Positions 13,351 through 26,419 of a stretch of DNA of 64,000 bases are shown one piece after another. This stretch comes from Mobula birostris. Its lineage: Eukaryota. The stretch is taken from the NCBI RefSeq assembly GCF_030028105.1, contig NC_092396.1, forward strand, positions 21,597,820-21,661,819, read 5' to 3'. Below the pieces are notes generated by a model. It saw only the letters and a program-made list of their open reading frames with translations. It ran no database searches and had not been told where the DNA came from. Both the position numbers and the translations under genes were made by a program. Positions within the stretch are counted from its first letter, which is position 1. Every line of letters starts with the position of its first letter.

Positions 13351-13674
13351 GCTGCCCTATATGAAAAATAGAAAGCTAGCAGATAAATGTCAAAATCTAT
13401 ATTTATCACTAATCTCCCTGATGTCATGATGTTCAGTTTTTTTTATTACTCAACTGCACTGAACAAAAATCTATCACACCAAGGTTGAAGGCAGCATTAC
13501 CCAACGCCAGTGCATCTATAGATTTAGGCACATGCCATTTTAACTTTAATTGCTGACCATTGAGCGGAGAAAGTTCTATTTCTCCATGACCTGTAAGAAA
13601 AGCTGGCTGAGTCAGAGGTATGCTTTTTTTTTACATTTAATACTGGTGGCACTATGCCTTTGGTAGGATGGAAC

Positions 13675-14627
13675 AATCAACACTGGTACACCTCAGGGGT
13701 GTATACTTAGCCCACTGCTCGACTCTCTATATACTCAAGACTGTGTGGCTAGGCATAGCTCAATTACCATCTATAAATTTGCTGACGATACAACCATTGT
13801 TGGTAGAATCTCAGATGGAGACAAGAGGACATATGGGAGTGTGATATGCAAACTAATGGAGTGGTGTCACAGCAACAACCTGGCACTCAACGTCAGTAAG
13901 ACAAAAGAGCTAATTGTGGGCTTCAGGAAGGGCAAGACGAAGGAACACATTCCAATCCCCATAGAGGGATCAGAAGTGGAGGAGTGAGCAGTTTCAAGTT
14001 CCTGGGTGTCAAGATCTCTGAGGATCTAACCTGGTCCCAACATATCGATGCAGCTATAAAGACGGCAAGACAGCGACTGTACTTCATTAGGAGTTTGAAG
14101 AGATTTGGTATGTCAACTAAAACACTCAAAAACTTCTATAGTTGTACTGTGGAGAGCAATCTGACTGGTTGCGTCACTGAATGGTATGGGGATGGGGGGG
14201 TGGCTACTGCACAGGACCGAAAGAAGCTCCATCTTGGGTACTAACCTACAAAGTACCCAGGAGATCTTCAGGGCGTGGTTTCTCAGAAAGGCAACATCCA
14301 TTATTAAGGGCTCCCAGCACCCAGGGCATGCCCTTTTCTCATTGTTACCATCAAGTAGGAGGTACAGAAGCCTGGAGTCACATACTCAGCGATTTAGGAA
14401 CAGCTTCTTCCCCTCTGCCATCCAATTCCAAAATGGACATTGAACCTGTGAACACTACCTCACCTTTTCAATATATATTTTTTTTTGCATGATCTCTAAT
14501 ATACATATACTGTAACTGATTGATTGATTGATTTCTTTCTATATTATGTATTGCATTGAACTGCTGCTGCCAAATTAACAAATTTCACGACACATGCTGG
14601 TGATAATAAACCTGATTCTGATTCTGA
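13675..14627 (+). mobile_element. Rex1/Babar LINE, RT C-terminal half and 3' end
   Basis: TGTPQG.ILSP, YKFADDTTIVGRI, FKFLGV.ISEDLTW, ARQRLYFIRSLKRF; (CTGATT)n tail. Confidence 0.88.
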
Positions 14628-15194
14628 CTTAGAGTCCTCTGGCAGCATCGGTAATCAAAAACACTGTCAGATTTGGATATGCTGCCAATAGAAGATTATT
14701 AAAATATGCTTTGGAATCGTGTACCAAATGTAGCCATTCTTGTTAATAAATGTGCTGGTGAGACACCCTTTGGTTATTGGTGGTATTACTAATATTTAAC
14801 AAATTGGTACTGAAGCAGCCTGACCTCCACAGGAAATCAGAATTTACACTGTTCATGCTGCACTATATTTACACCAAAAATGTTCTATCAATCTTAACAA
14901 CGCTGAAAGACAGATATAAACCACAACAAACAAGATGAAAGCAGCACATAGGAGACTGGAATAAATCATTGAACATTGCAGCATTTTCAGTAAGCCACTG
15001 CTTACAATGTCAGGAACATATCAAGAACAGCATTGGGGATGAAAAGAAAGCAATTGTTATAGAAATGCAACATTCAACAAAACTCATTCTGTTGCCTTTA
15101 TGCAGGGTCAGACGCAGCAAGTACCCGACAGGTCTCAATATAGCAGAATTTAAAAACACAGAATATCATAATAGTTGATACAGTCTTCATACAG

Positions 15195-15882
15195 AGATCA
15201 GAAGTGGAAAGAGTGAGAAATTTCAAGTTCCTGGGCATCAGTATCCCTGAGGATTTATCCTGGGCCCATCACATCAATGCAGTTACAGAGAAGGCACAAC
15301 AGTGGCTATATTTCAATAGGGAGGAGGATTCGTATGTCACCAAAGACGCAAACAAATTTCTACATTGTGTACCATGGAGAGCATTCTAATAGGCTGCATC
15401 ACCATCTGGTGGGGGGTGGGGGGGGCTACTATACAGGATCAAAATAAGCTGCAGAGAGTTGTAAGCTTAGCTCCATTATAGGCACTAGCCTCCGTAGTAT
15501 CTAGGACATCTTCAAGGAGCAATGCCTCCAAAAGGTGGTGTCCACCATTAAGGACCCCCATCACCCAGAACATGCCCTCTTCTCATCGCTACCATCAGAA
15601 AGGAGGCACAGGAGCCTGAAGGCACACACTCAGCAATTCAGGAACAGCTTCTTCACCTCTGCTATCCGATATCTAAATGAACACTATCTCACCACCTACT
15701 TCCTTATTTTTACACTACATATAAAGACACATATACGTATATATACAGACAGACACAAAGACACACACACACACACAATGTAGTTCACATTTTTTTCTCT
15801 ATTATCAGGTATTGCATTGGACTGCTGCCACAAAGGCAATGATTTCACAACACACACTGGTGACATTAAACCCAATTCTGAG
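15195..15882 (+). mobile_element. Rex1/Babar LINE 3' fragment
   Basis: FKFLGISIPEDLSW, IKDPHHP.HALFS.LPS.RR.RSLK..T.QFRNSFF. Confidence 0.82.
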
Positions 15883-16154
15883 ACATACCCCTGCGTTGAT
15901 GACGTGCAGCAACATGAACAGAAAATGATGAGGGAAAACCAACATCCAAATCTACATCAAAAATCAAATGAGTGTGATACAATCTAACAGCTTCAGAGGT
16001 GACAATCATTACTCTGAATAAATTCAAGAACATCGGAGAAGTATAACAGAACTACAACTCTGTTTTAACCAATACCTAACTTCAACAAGAGGCAACATTT
16101 TTGGAAGAGGTATAAGCATTTACTGGGAAATTACAATTGAAACAGATAAGTTTA

Positions 16155-17762
16155 CAGTGCCTATAAAAAGTTTTCACCCCCCCCCCCCCGGAAGTTTTCA
16201 TCTTTTATTGTTTTACAACATTGAATCAAAGTGGATTTAATTTGGCTTTTTTGACACTGATCAACAGAAAAAGACTCTTTCATGTCAAAGTGAAAACAAA
16301 TTTAGAAAAATTGGTCTAAATTTATTACAATTATTAAACACAAAATAATTGATTGCATCATTACTCACCCCCTTCGTCAGTATTTAGCAGACGCACCTTT
16401 GGCAGCAATTACAGCCTTGAGTCTTTGTGGATAGGTCTCTATCTGCTTTGCACATCTGGACACTGGAATTTTCCCCCATTCTTCTTTACAAAACTGCCCA
16501 AGTTCTGTCAGATTGCATGGGGATCGTGAGTGAACAGCCCTTTTCAAATCCAGCTACAAGTTCTAAATTGGATTGAGGTCTGGACTCTGACTTGGCCACT
16601 CCAGGACATTAACTTTGTTGTTTTTAAGCCAATCTTGTGTAGCTTTGGCTTTATGCTTGGGGTCACTGTCTTGCTGGAAAACAAATCTTCTTCTAAGTTG
16701 CAGTTCTCCTGCATCAGTTTTTCCTCCAGGATTTCCCAGCATTCATTTCACCCTCTCCCTTCACAAGCCTTCCAAGGCCTGCCACAGTGAAGCATCCCCA
16801 CAGCATGATGCAGCCATCACCATGCTTCACAGAAGGGATGGTGTGTTTTTGAAGATGTGTGGTGTTTGGTTTACGCCAAACATAGCCTTTAGCCTGACGG
16901 CGAAAATGCTCAATTTTGGTTTCATCAGACCATAGAACCTTCTTCCAGCTGACTTCAGTCTCCCACATACCTCTGGCAAACTCTAACCGAGATTTCATGT
17001 GAGTTTTTTTCCCAACAGAGACTTTCTCTTTGCCACTCTCCCATAAAGCTGCGACTGGTAAGCACTCGGGCAACAGTTGTTGTATGCACAGTCTCTCCCA
17101 TCTCAGCCACTGAAGCTTGTAACCCCTCCAGAGCTGTCACAGGTTTCTTGCTGGCCTCCCTCACTAATCCCCTTCTTTCACGGTCACTCATTTTTTGAGG
17201 ACGGCCTGCTCTAGGCAGATTTACAGCTGTGCCATATTCTTTCCATTTGTTGATGATGGACTTAACTGTACTCCAAGGGATATTCAGTGACTTGGATATT
17301 TTCTTGTATCCATCTACCGACTTGCGCTTTTCAATATCCTCTTTGCGGAGTTGCTTGGAGTTTTCCTTTGTCGTCATGGCGTAGTTTCTGCCAGGATACT
17401 GATACCAACAGTTGGACCTTCCTGATGTGGGTGTATTTTCACTACAGTCAATTGAAACACCTTGACTGCACACAGGTGATTGCCATTTAACTGGTTATGT
17501 GACTTCTAAAACCAACTGGGTGCATGAGTGATTTGGTGTGTCATATTAAAGGGCGTGAATACTTATGCAATCAATTATTTTATGTGTTATATTTGTAATT
17601 AATTTAGAACACTTTGTAGAGATATGTTTTTACTTTGACATGAAAGAGTCTTTTTCTGTTAACAGTGTCAAAAAAGCCAAATTAAATACACTATGATTCA
17701 ATGTTGTAAAACAATAAGACATGATAATTTCCAGGGTTGGTGAATACTTTTTACAGGCACTG
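16155..17762 (-). mobile_element. Full-length, inactivated IR/DR-type Tc1 (DD34E) transposon
   Basis: About 215-bp TIRs starting CAGTGCCT(A/G)TAAAAAG with inner direct repeats; TA on both flanks; transposase remnant 17377-16377 with [28 protein letters not shown]. Confidence 0.95.
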
Positions 17763-17798
17763 TAGTAGCATAAAAAAAGACGCAGTGTACATTCTTAC

Positions 17799-17833
17799 CC
17801 TAGATGTCGATCTGGTGTCATGTTGTAGTCACC
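17799..17833 (-). CDS. INTS11: INTS11 coding exon 6
   Basis: GDYNMTPDRHL(G), 35 nt, CAG/GTAAG. Confidence 0.96.
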
Positions 17834-18027
17834 CTGTGGATATTTAAAACCAAATAAATACCAAAGAGAACTAAAATTACGAGCCAACTTTAAAAAAAAA
17901 GACTTATTATATTTTATTGTCGAAGTTTCTTAGGGACTATTGTTCCCAGAGCACTTCTCATTTAAGTGAATTGAAACCCCATTCAGACAAGAATCAGAAG
18001 CTGAGAAAAACAAATCCAGCATGTCCT

Positions 18028-18216
18028 AAACAAGACAAAATCTGCAGATGCTGGAAATCCAAACACCACGCACAAAATGCTGGAGGAACTCTGCAGGCCA
18101 GGTAGCACCTATGGAAAAGAGTAAACAGTCACCGCTTCGGGCTGAGACCCTTCTTCAGGGTTCTTTTCCACAAATGCTGCCTGGCCCACTGAGTTCGTCC
18201 AGCATTTTGTGTGTGT
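18028..18216. mobile_element. Short palindromic Penelope-like insertion
   Basis: Two inverted PLE 3' ends; TSD TCCAGCATGTCCT (18015-18027) / TCCAGCATTCCCT (18217-18229). Confidence 0.8.
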
Positions 18217-18707
18217 TCCAGCATTCCCTGGGGCCCCTGCAACCTGTTTCCCAATTATCACCAGCCCTTCCCAATTGTTATGTCAGCAACTAATGGATGA
18301 ATGAAGATATCATTGAATTTAGTTGTGTTATAGTCAGGGCTCAATATCCTACAGAACTCACAATGTAAACTAGCGCATAAATGATGGCTATTCATCATAG
18401 CCTTTCCGTTCTTCAATCAAGTTGCAAAAGCAGACAGGTCAGAAATGGCAGCAATCTGATCATTCAGTATAGTTAATACTGCAGCAAGTGAATATCCTTG
18501 GTAAACTACAATTAGAAATCTCACTATGTTAAATCAGTTGTTCAATGTAATAAGAAACATTGTAATAACGTATTTGGGATTCAAAATAATGTGGTAATAA
18601 AAGTCAAATGACATACTAATTAGCTCTGATCCTTGAACCAACTTCTCCCAGTATTCCGTTTTAGTTATGCATGGATAGTGTAGTTGCTGAGGTTTAATCA
18701 TACTTAC

Positions 18708-18806
18708 AGTATACACCACAGACTCTGAGCCCACCCGGATGTGAACCATGGCTGCACCCAGCACGTGGCCAGCGTAATATGCTTTTATTTCAAGTTCATC
18801 GTCAAC
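18708..18806 (-). CDS. INTS11: INTS11 coding exon 5
   Basis: [33 protein letters not shown]. Confidence 0.98.
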
Positions 18807-19099
18807 CTGGATCATTCCAAAAATATAAATCATGTACCTTTGAACTGAGACACTTCAGACAATTCAGCAGTACTGTTTTATTGGAACTGGGTAGAAAACA
18901 GGGATGCGTGAATCATTCACCTCAGGTTGAAGGGGCAGTAGAATTGATTTTTTAAAAAAATATTACTTATAACAGAACAAAATCTCCATAAAGGCCAAAC
19001 TGAAACAGTGCAAGCCTGGACAGCAGTGTATTAACCATGTATCCTGAGAATTCATTCCCCTAGAATGCAAACGATTATAAACAATAATAAAAATTTTAA

Positions 19100-20235
19100 A
19101 TGATAGAAATACTCAGCAGGTCAGGCAGCATTCCCTGGAGCAAGAAGCAGAGTTAATGTTTCAGGTCAAAGACCCTTTTGTCAGAAGTGGGAATAGGAAA
19201 AAACAAATTGGTTTTAAATTGCAGAGTGGGTTGGGAAGGTACGGAAAGAACAAAGGGAATATCTCTGATAAAGTGCATAATGTGTATACAAGGACATCCA
19301 GTCAATAGGTTCATGAGGACAGTTGGCAAAAGAGAAAACACAAACACAGGAACAGAGAAACAGTGAACTGAGGATCGTACAAAAGTGGGAACATAAATAG
19401 ATGAATATACAAGTCAGAGCTGTAAGACATGCCCAGCAGTTCAGTCTGTGGTATTGGAAGAGAGAAAAACAGAGTCAATATCATAGATAGATCAGTCAGT
19501 ACTGAACAGACAGAGAAGGCAAGTTGTCTTAAGTTGTGGAGTTCAGTTTTGAATATGGGACTCTGCAATATGCCAGACGGAAGATGAGATGCTGTTCTTC
19601 AAGGTTACACTGGGCCTCAAATCTCAGATGGACAGGTCAGAAGGGGAATGAGAAAGGGAACTGAAGAGGTGGGCAATGGGAAGCTCAAGGCCACCCATGC
19701 AGACTTGACGCTTGTGCTCTTCAAATTTGTTTCCCCAAAGTACATTGTGAACACCAAATGCTGTTTACTAAAATGGAACGAGTACAAGAACATCGTTGCC
19801 CCATCTGGAAAGCCTATTTGGATCGCAGAGGGAAAGGGTTACATTTTCTGCGGCTAAATAGAAAAGTGGTGTAACATTGGAACAGGAAGTCACAAAGTGA
19901 ACAGTCAATCCCTTCAAAATGCTGATAGTGTGAAGAGGATATATCTGATCTTTAGCATACTGCAGTCAATGTTCACAATATGGCCTGCTCTACTCTGCAG
20001 AAACCGAATACAGATTGGGTAGTCACTATTGGAACACCTGCAGTATGTCCACAGAGGTGTCCCTGAGATTTCCATTAATTCTCCATCCTATTCTGACCTG
20101 TCTGTCTCTCCCTCATCCTCTCTGCACTTCTTTCTCTGTCTGACAAAGAATCATGTTGACTCTATTTCTCATCCTGCCTGACCTCCTGAGCACTTACAGC
20201 ATTTTCTGTTTTACTTACGGATTTCTGGCATCTGT
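19100..20235. mobile_element. Old Penelope-like element, inverted pair
   Basis: Minus arm (terminus 19100-19190, endonuclease remnant about 19530-19900) and plus arm (about 19975-20235). Confidence 0.6.
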
Positions 20236-20745
20236 CATTACTGTGACTACTTTTGTAACTGGCTGTATCTTTGTGCTTTTAATAAGGTATTAATTCAATT
20301 AATAAGTTATTAGCAAGAATGAACTTGTAGTTTTATTATAATTTTTATCTGGGATTTTTCACAATATGTGGTGTTAGACTCTACCTAGTGGTGGCAGAGT
20401 GGTATAACAGTTACATAACGGTTATCACCTTTCCATGCTTCACTGGCTAAGTGTTAAACAGGCTACGCCTGTGTGCCTTCTCTTGGCCCTTTGCTTATCT
20501 CAGGATTGTGGCTGTATCTCAGTATTAAAGTGTCAGTTTCTGCAAAAATTGCCATTTTATCTTTCTCTTTTCCTGAGATTCTTTCCTTTAGTTTCATATG
20601 CGCTGTATCTGCTAATTTTGTTTAAACTTTAAATAAATGATCATAAAGCAACAAGTTTTCCCTCATTCTTGGATTCCTAAAAGAACCCGCAGATTGAAAA
20701 ATCACCAGATCCGACAACATCAAAAGGAAACAATACATTTCTTAC

Positions 20746-20974
20746 CTGGACTGTCTGATGGAGGTTGATGGCTACAACTTTCTTCATGCAGTCTTTTATC
20801 ATCTGAGAAGTAAAGAAGTTGGTCTCTCCTTTCTTATCAACCGTAATCTTCCTATAGTCCTCTAAAAGAATTGGACAAATGGCTTTTGTGGGATGAGTCA
20901 TGTAAATAGGGCCGTCATAACCAATCATCTCACTCATGTAAGGAAGGGCACCACAGTGGTCTAGGTGAAAATGG
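20746..20974 (-). CDS. INTS11: INTS11 coding exon 4 (HxHxDH motif)
   Basis: [29 protein letters not shown]...LHQTVQ. Confidence 0.98.
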
Positions 20975-21199
20975 CTGGAAAAGACAAAGATCATTTGGTG
21001 AGCATTGTAACCAATTGGTATTTTGAAACCTTTCAAAAATACACTTTATTCATTATATACAGTAGTAAAAATGGGATATGGCATCATCTTCATTCACTTT
21101 ATGAGCATAACATTACATTTGCTTATAACTTGTTGACACAGTGTAAGTGTAACCATTGATTCAATCAAAAACATTTTGTCAATAATATTTTTATTATAT

Positions 21200-21700
21200 G
21201 CCAATCAACTATGTTTCTGGGTTTTCTTTCGGATTCAGTGATAGATGGGCTTTATAAAGACATTCCCCCCAGAGCCTTTGCAGTGACTGCATGAAGGTTC
21301 AGTGCGTCTCTCAGCAAATACCCCTGCAAACTGGAATGCGTTAGATGCCAGTGTTTGGTTCTGGATAATGCCTTGCATTGGGCAGACCAAAGTAAGCCTT
21401 TCATCGTGTAATGACCTTCCAGCAGTAAACATCCCCAGAAACTGCCCACAGGGCACAGTCATTAACTACTCAGCTGCTTGGGATGAATCTTCACAAAGAC
21501 CAATACGTCCCTTTGCAGAACTTCTTGGCAAACACACAGACCATAAGGAGATGGCGGGGGGGGGGGGGACCACCTCATCCACACGGCAGCCACTTCAAGA
21601 ACAGCGTGCGGTGAGATTGAGACCCCAGGAGTGCACGAACCATCTGACAGGGAGGGTCCCTCTCACCATGGTCAAACAAGGTCACAATGCATTTTTGAAA
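21200..21700 (-). mobile_element. Tx1/L1-clade LINE ORF2 C-terminal remnant
   Basis: Minus translation VRGTLPVR...NLTARC..GCRVDE...HLLMVCVFAKK resembles the zf-RVT region. Confidence 0.65.
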
Positions 21701-22147
21701 GCTGTGATGATGGAGCATTTTGTCAAATAATATCTAATCAACCAAGTAAAATGCTTGCTCTTAATGCCAATCAACTACATTTCCAGGTTTTCTTAAGGAT
21801 TCAACAGTTTCTTCAAACCGTATGGTCTAAATAGCGGACAACTTAGAGGTTGTTAAAAAGAAGCAGAACTTGAATAGAACTAAAAATCTGCTGCAACATA
21901 CTAAAATAGGCTAACATTTTTGAAATTAAATCTTCTGGGACTAAAATCCTTAACTGAAACAGACTGCTATCACATTAAGCAAAATATTGCCACTGTTATA
22001 TATCTGAAATAAAAAAAACTAGAAAGCATTAGAATTCTTAGCACATGAAGCAGTGAAAAGGACTATAGTCAGAAACTATTTCTCCTTCATACCTCTACAA
22101 TGGTTCCAACAATCCAATAAATTTGAATTCAAGGGACCAAAAGTTAC

Positions 22148-22221
22148 CTGATAATGACACAGTCCAGAAATTCTGTGAGTCTTCCATTCTGGGTTATGTA
22201 AGAGAAATCAGGAAAGCGTCT
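22148..22221 (-). CDS. INTS11: INTS11 coding exon 3
   Basis: [24 protein letters not shown](S). Confidence 0.97.
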
Positions 22222-23517
22222 CTGAAGAAAAAAACATGAAAATACCAAATAATCATGGTGTAGTTCACAGAACCTGATAGATCAGGAAAACATTTTGTGA
22301 GGTTTGGGGATGGGAATGAGGCCATTTAGCCCATCAGATCTCTGTCTGGCTTTTTAGCAATCTCACTAAACTCTCTGTTTCCTCTGCTTCGAGGGTTCAT
22401 CCACAATTCTGAGAAAGTGCATTACCTCTTGTGAAAAAGCATTTCGTATTCTAAAAACCTTCTGAGCTCTTTCCTTACTCTTTTAATGACATTATTGTTG
22501 GGAAATACTGTTGGTCTTCCCTCAAGTTCAAATTCAAGTTTAATTATCATTCAACCATACCTGAATACAGCCGAATGAAACAGCGTTCCTCTGGGGCCAA
22601 GGTGAAAAACATACACAGCATAGCATAAGGCACACAGCACATTCAAGATAGCAAGAACACAATTACACAAAAAATATTTTACAGCCCAAGTCCCTGAGTG
22701 ACACGTCCCGCAAATTGATGGTGCAATTCCAAACAGCCGGTAGACAAACACACAAATGCAATCCAGCTGATCATTCCACCAATTTGACACTGGAGGGAAG
22801 CACCAATGGTGCTCAAATTAAGTGACAGATCAGGAAGGCGTCACTACAACAAGTAATGATATCCCAGGCCAGAAATGGCCCGACAAATCAAGCTAATTCC
22901 TGTTCAACACCAAATCTGTGCCACTGCAGTAGCTGGGAATAATCCAGTTCCTCACATGTCCTTGGTTGACTTCCTTGAAGTCATTATTACCTAGTAAGTA
23001 TACTTGGAAGCTTACATCCACCTGACACAGCTAAGATGTACTCTGTTTTCAAATATTCCAAGTTCACACTTGCAGACTTTCAAATGGAACAAGGCACTCA
23101 AGGATGTGAAAACATCCCCTTAGCATTTTGGACAGTGGAAAATCTAAAACTGAAACATTTATTTAAAAAATATAAAGACTGCATAGAACTACCTTGAATC
23201 TTGTGATACAGAAACAACACAGGACTCTCAAAATCCACATTTTATATAGAAACCATGTTGAAAATAAAAAACTCGTTAAAATTAATTTTTATTCCCAAAG
23301 GCAAATATTTTCTTGCTCAGTAGGATTCTATATACTGGCTAATACCTGGGTAATAACTTTCTCCTTGCAAAATGAAGTCAGAGGAAGGTGACCCAAATGA
23401 GCTAGAAATGATAAAAATCCAATCTCCATTCTGTATGCACAGAAGGATATGTATCAACAAATGCTAAAGAAATTGGTTTCATCAGTCACAATAGCAAAGG
23501 AAAGATGTACCCAGGAT

Positions 23518-23675
23518 ATGCTGGAGGAACTCAGCAGGCCAGGAAGATCTATGAAAAAGAGTAAACAGTCGACGTTTTGGGCCAAAGCCCTTCATCAGGA
23601 GTGTGGGAGTGTGTGAGTGTGTGTGCACGCGCGCTGCTTTGGATTTCCAGCATCTGCAGATTTCCTTGTGTTTTT
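23518..23675. mobile_element. Short palindromic Penelope-like insertion
   Basis: Inverted PLE ends; degenerate TSD GATGTACCCAG (23504) / GATATAGCCAG (23676). Confidence 0.75.
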
Positions 23676-24296
23676 GATATAGCCAGAGTTCCCTTCCTTT
23701 GTTGTATTGTAAAACTGGTTGTACACGGCAACTGAATCAGGCTCTCAGCATGCATCCTTGCTCCGTGTAAAGTAACGGAAGAGCAGCCACAATCAATATA
23801 TCACATCAGAAGGTTCACTTCTACATACACTTGAATTTTCATTACATTCCCTTAGTGAGTGAGACTCCACACCAGAAGCAAAAAACACACACACACAGAT
23901 CTATTTCATTCGTTCTTGCACTCTCCCTCTCCCACCGAGTGAACAAAACTGGAGTCTTTCTCAGATCACCCTCCCAGTTAGAAAGGCATAGTGCTCTCCC
24001 GACTGCCAGCACCACAGTCGGACAAGCTGCTTTAAAAGGCTTGTGCATGCAGAGGCCACTCAGCTCAATTATAATGTCTCTGGTACCTTGAAACATTAAA
24101 CCTAGAAACACTGCCCTCCCACCTTCCCACTGGGGGTGCAGTGGTCCAAGAATTTCATTCTTGGGGAAGAATAACAAAAGGAAAGATAAACCATTTGAAC
24201 TCTACGCTGCCCATCACGTTAAAGTACCAGACGGTGTATAAGACGATTACAGCTTTCTTGTATTTTCTTTCCACTTCAATAACTGCATTCACTTAC

Positions 24297-24394
24297 ATCA
24301 TCATTAAACCCCATGTGCATTCCGCAATCCAGCATCACATTTTTCCCACCGATTGAGACCAATATGCAGCTACGGCCCACATCTTGGCCAGCCC
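24297..24394 (-). CDS. INTS11: INTS11 coding exon 2
   Basis: (G)[32 protein letters not shown]; acceptor TTTCAG, donor GTAAGT. Confidence 0.97.
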
Positions 24395-24481
24395 CTGAAA
24401 AATAAAAAAGCTAGTTGTTTTTATGAACTTACTGCACCATGAATTCCATTGCATAACTTGGCTTAATGTGGGATTTCTTAC

Positions 24482-24509
24482 CCAGGGGCGTGACTTTTAT
24501 TTCAGGCAT
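24482..24509 (-). CDS. INTS11: INTS11 coding exon 1
   Basis: ATG...MPEIKVTPL(G), donor GTAAG. Confidence 0.95.
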
Positions 24510-25258
24510 TTTATTCCTGGTTTCCCTCAGCCAGATCGAAGTGAAGTCAGCCACTCATCCTAAATTTTGTAAATCAAGATTGTAAAGTTCAAATAACACA
24601 ATAAAAGCAAAACACAACATGAGCTATCAGTTGGTTCCCCTGCTGTGGCTCTCCTTGCAGACTTGGACAGGAGAAGATGTGTCAATATACTGAGGACTAC
24701 AGAAAGAACAGTTTCTCCATATCACTCCTATAACCTTTTCAATTTTTTAACAACTTAATAACCATATTTAGCATATGAAAATGTATATACATAATTGGTC
24801 CACAGAACTATGAACTGCAACACAGCACTTAACAAGTGGTGAAGTAATATAATTTAATAAGAGTACAAAATTATTTTCACAAACACAAGGGATTCTGCAG
24901 ACGCAGTGTGTCTTTGCTTAAAATTATTTTGATGCTGTCAAATCTGGTGTGATTTCCGATCCTCAGGTTATTTTAGGAGGTGAAGAATGAGTTGAAAAAC
25001 TTGTTGCTTCACAATTGTTTATTGAAAGTTTAAAACAAAAAAAAACAGGCACAGGGCACAAATGAACAGGAACTAAAGAACTGAGAGAGCTAAAATAACT
25101 AACACAAAGATAGTGATTTTTGCAGAAACTGACACTTTTATAACGAGGTACAAGCAAGTTCCTGAGATAAGAGAGGGCCTACTGGAAGACACACAGGTAT
25201 GGCATGTTTAACACAGCCAATGAAAAATGAAAAATGATAAACTGTTATATCATTTTAC

Positions 25259-25720
25259 AAGTCAAGTCAAGTGACTTTTTATTGTCATTTCAACCATAAC
25301 TGCTGGCACAGAACATAGTAAAAATGAGACGACGTTTTCCAGGACCATGGTGCTACATGAAACAATACAAAAACTACACTGAACTACTGAAGAAAAAAAA
25401 ACACAAAAACTACACTAGACTACAGACCTATCCAGGACTGCATAAAGTGCACAAAACAGTGCAGGCACTACAATAAATAATAAACAAGACAATAGGCACA
25501 GTAGAGGGCAGTAGGTTGGTGTCAGTCCAGGCTCTGGGTATTGAGGAGTCTGATGGCTTGGGGGAAGAAACTGTTACGTAGGCTGGTTGTGAGAGCCCGA
25601 ATGCTTCGGTGCCTTTTTCCCGATGGCAGGAGAGAGAAGAGTTTGTATGAGGGGTGCGTGGGGTCCTTCATAATGCTGTTTGCTTTGCGGATGCATGTCT
25701 ATGATGGCGGACCAGTAGTA
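25259..25720 (-). mobile_element. Rex1/Babar LINE 3' fragment
   Basis: (CAAGT)n tail; minus-strand IMKDPTHPSYKLFSLLPSGKR motif. Confidence 0.8.
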
Positions 25721-26419
25721 CCACCAGTAGGTGGAGTCTAACACCACATATTGTGAAAAATGCAAGTTATATGTTAGTGAAACTACAAATTCAGTCTTGC
25801 TAAAAACTCATTACTTCAATTAATACCTTATTAAAAGCATAAAGAACAGGAGATTCCAACAATGCTTCCAATGGAACTGACTATTCTAATCATATTTTTT
25901 TCACAAATACACTTCATAAATATTTAATCTTGAAATACTGATGGTTTCCAACCTTAAAAATTACTAGTGTGATATGAGTGTGAAAACAATGGTGATAACT
26001 TTCTACATTCTTCTTCTTTTTACATTTCACTGTCTTGTTACCTTGTGAAAGCCAGTGGAGATAATCTTTTGACTGTGTATCATCTGAAATGTCAGAATCT
26101 ATCAAACTTCCTCAGTTCCAGTGAGGGTTAAAAGACCCAGAGCTTGAGACAAAGGAAACTTTGACAGTTCAGACAGAACCTTTGGAGTAACGAAAGCCTG
26201 GTAGTATTTCATCTTGAATCCTTGCATCCAGTCAAACGATTAACCGGTTTTGTGTTATAATGTATTTTTGAGCCTATTAGCTCTCAATCCAAAATATATT
26301 TATCTGATTACATTGCTGTGAAATAAGCATTGTTCAAATCGGAAGCATTATATATTTAAAACTCTTAATACGATTACATTCTCCTGCAAGCTCCCTTCAT
26401 GCACATAGTACAAATACCA

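Larger units (their letters stand above)
440..24509 (-). other. INTS11: Integrator complex subunit 11 gene, coding exons 1-15 (3' end outside window)
   Basis: Spliced translation runs from [19 protein letters not shown] to RIYNHLK; metallo-beta-lactamase/beta-CASP motifs HFHLDH, AGH, GDY, ESTY, SAH intact; all junctions GT-AG and phase-compatible (exon lengths 28,98,74,229,99,35,139,65,190,84,90,163,108,62,143). Confidence 0.98.
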
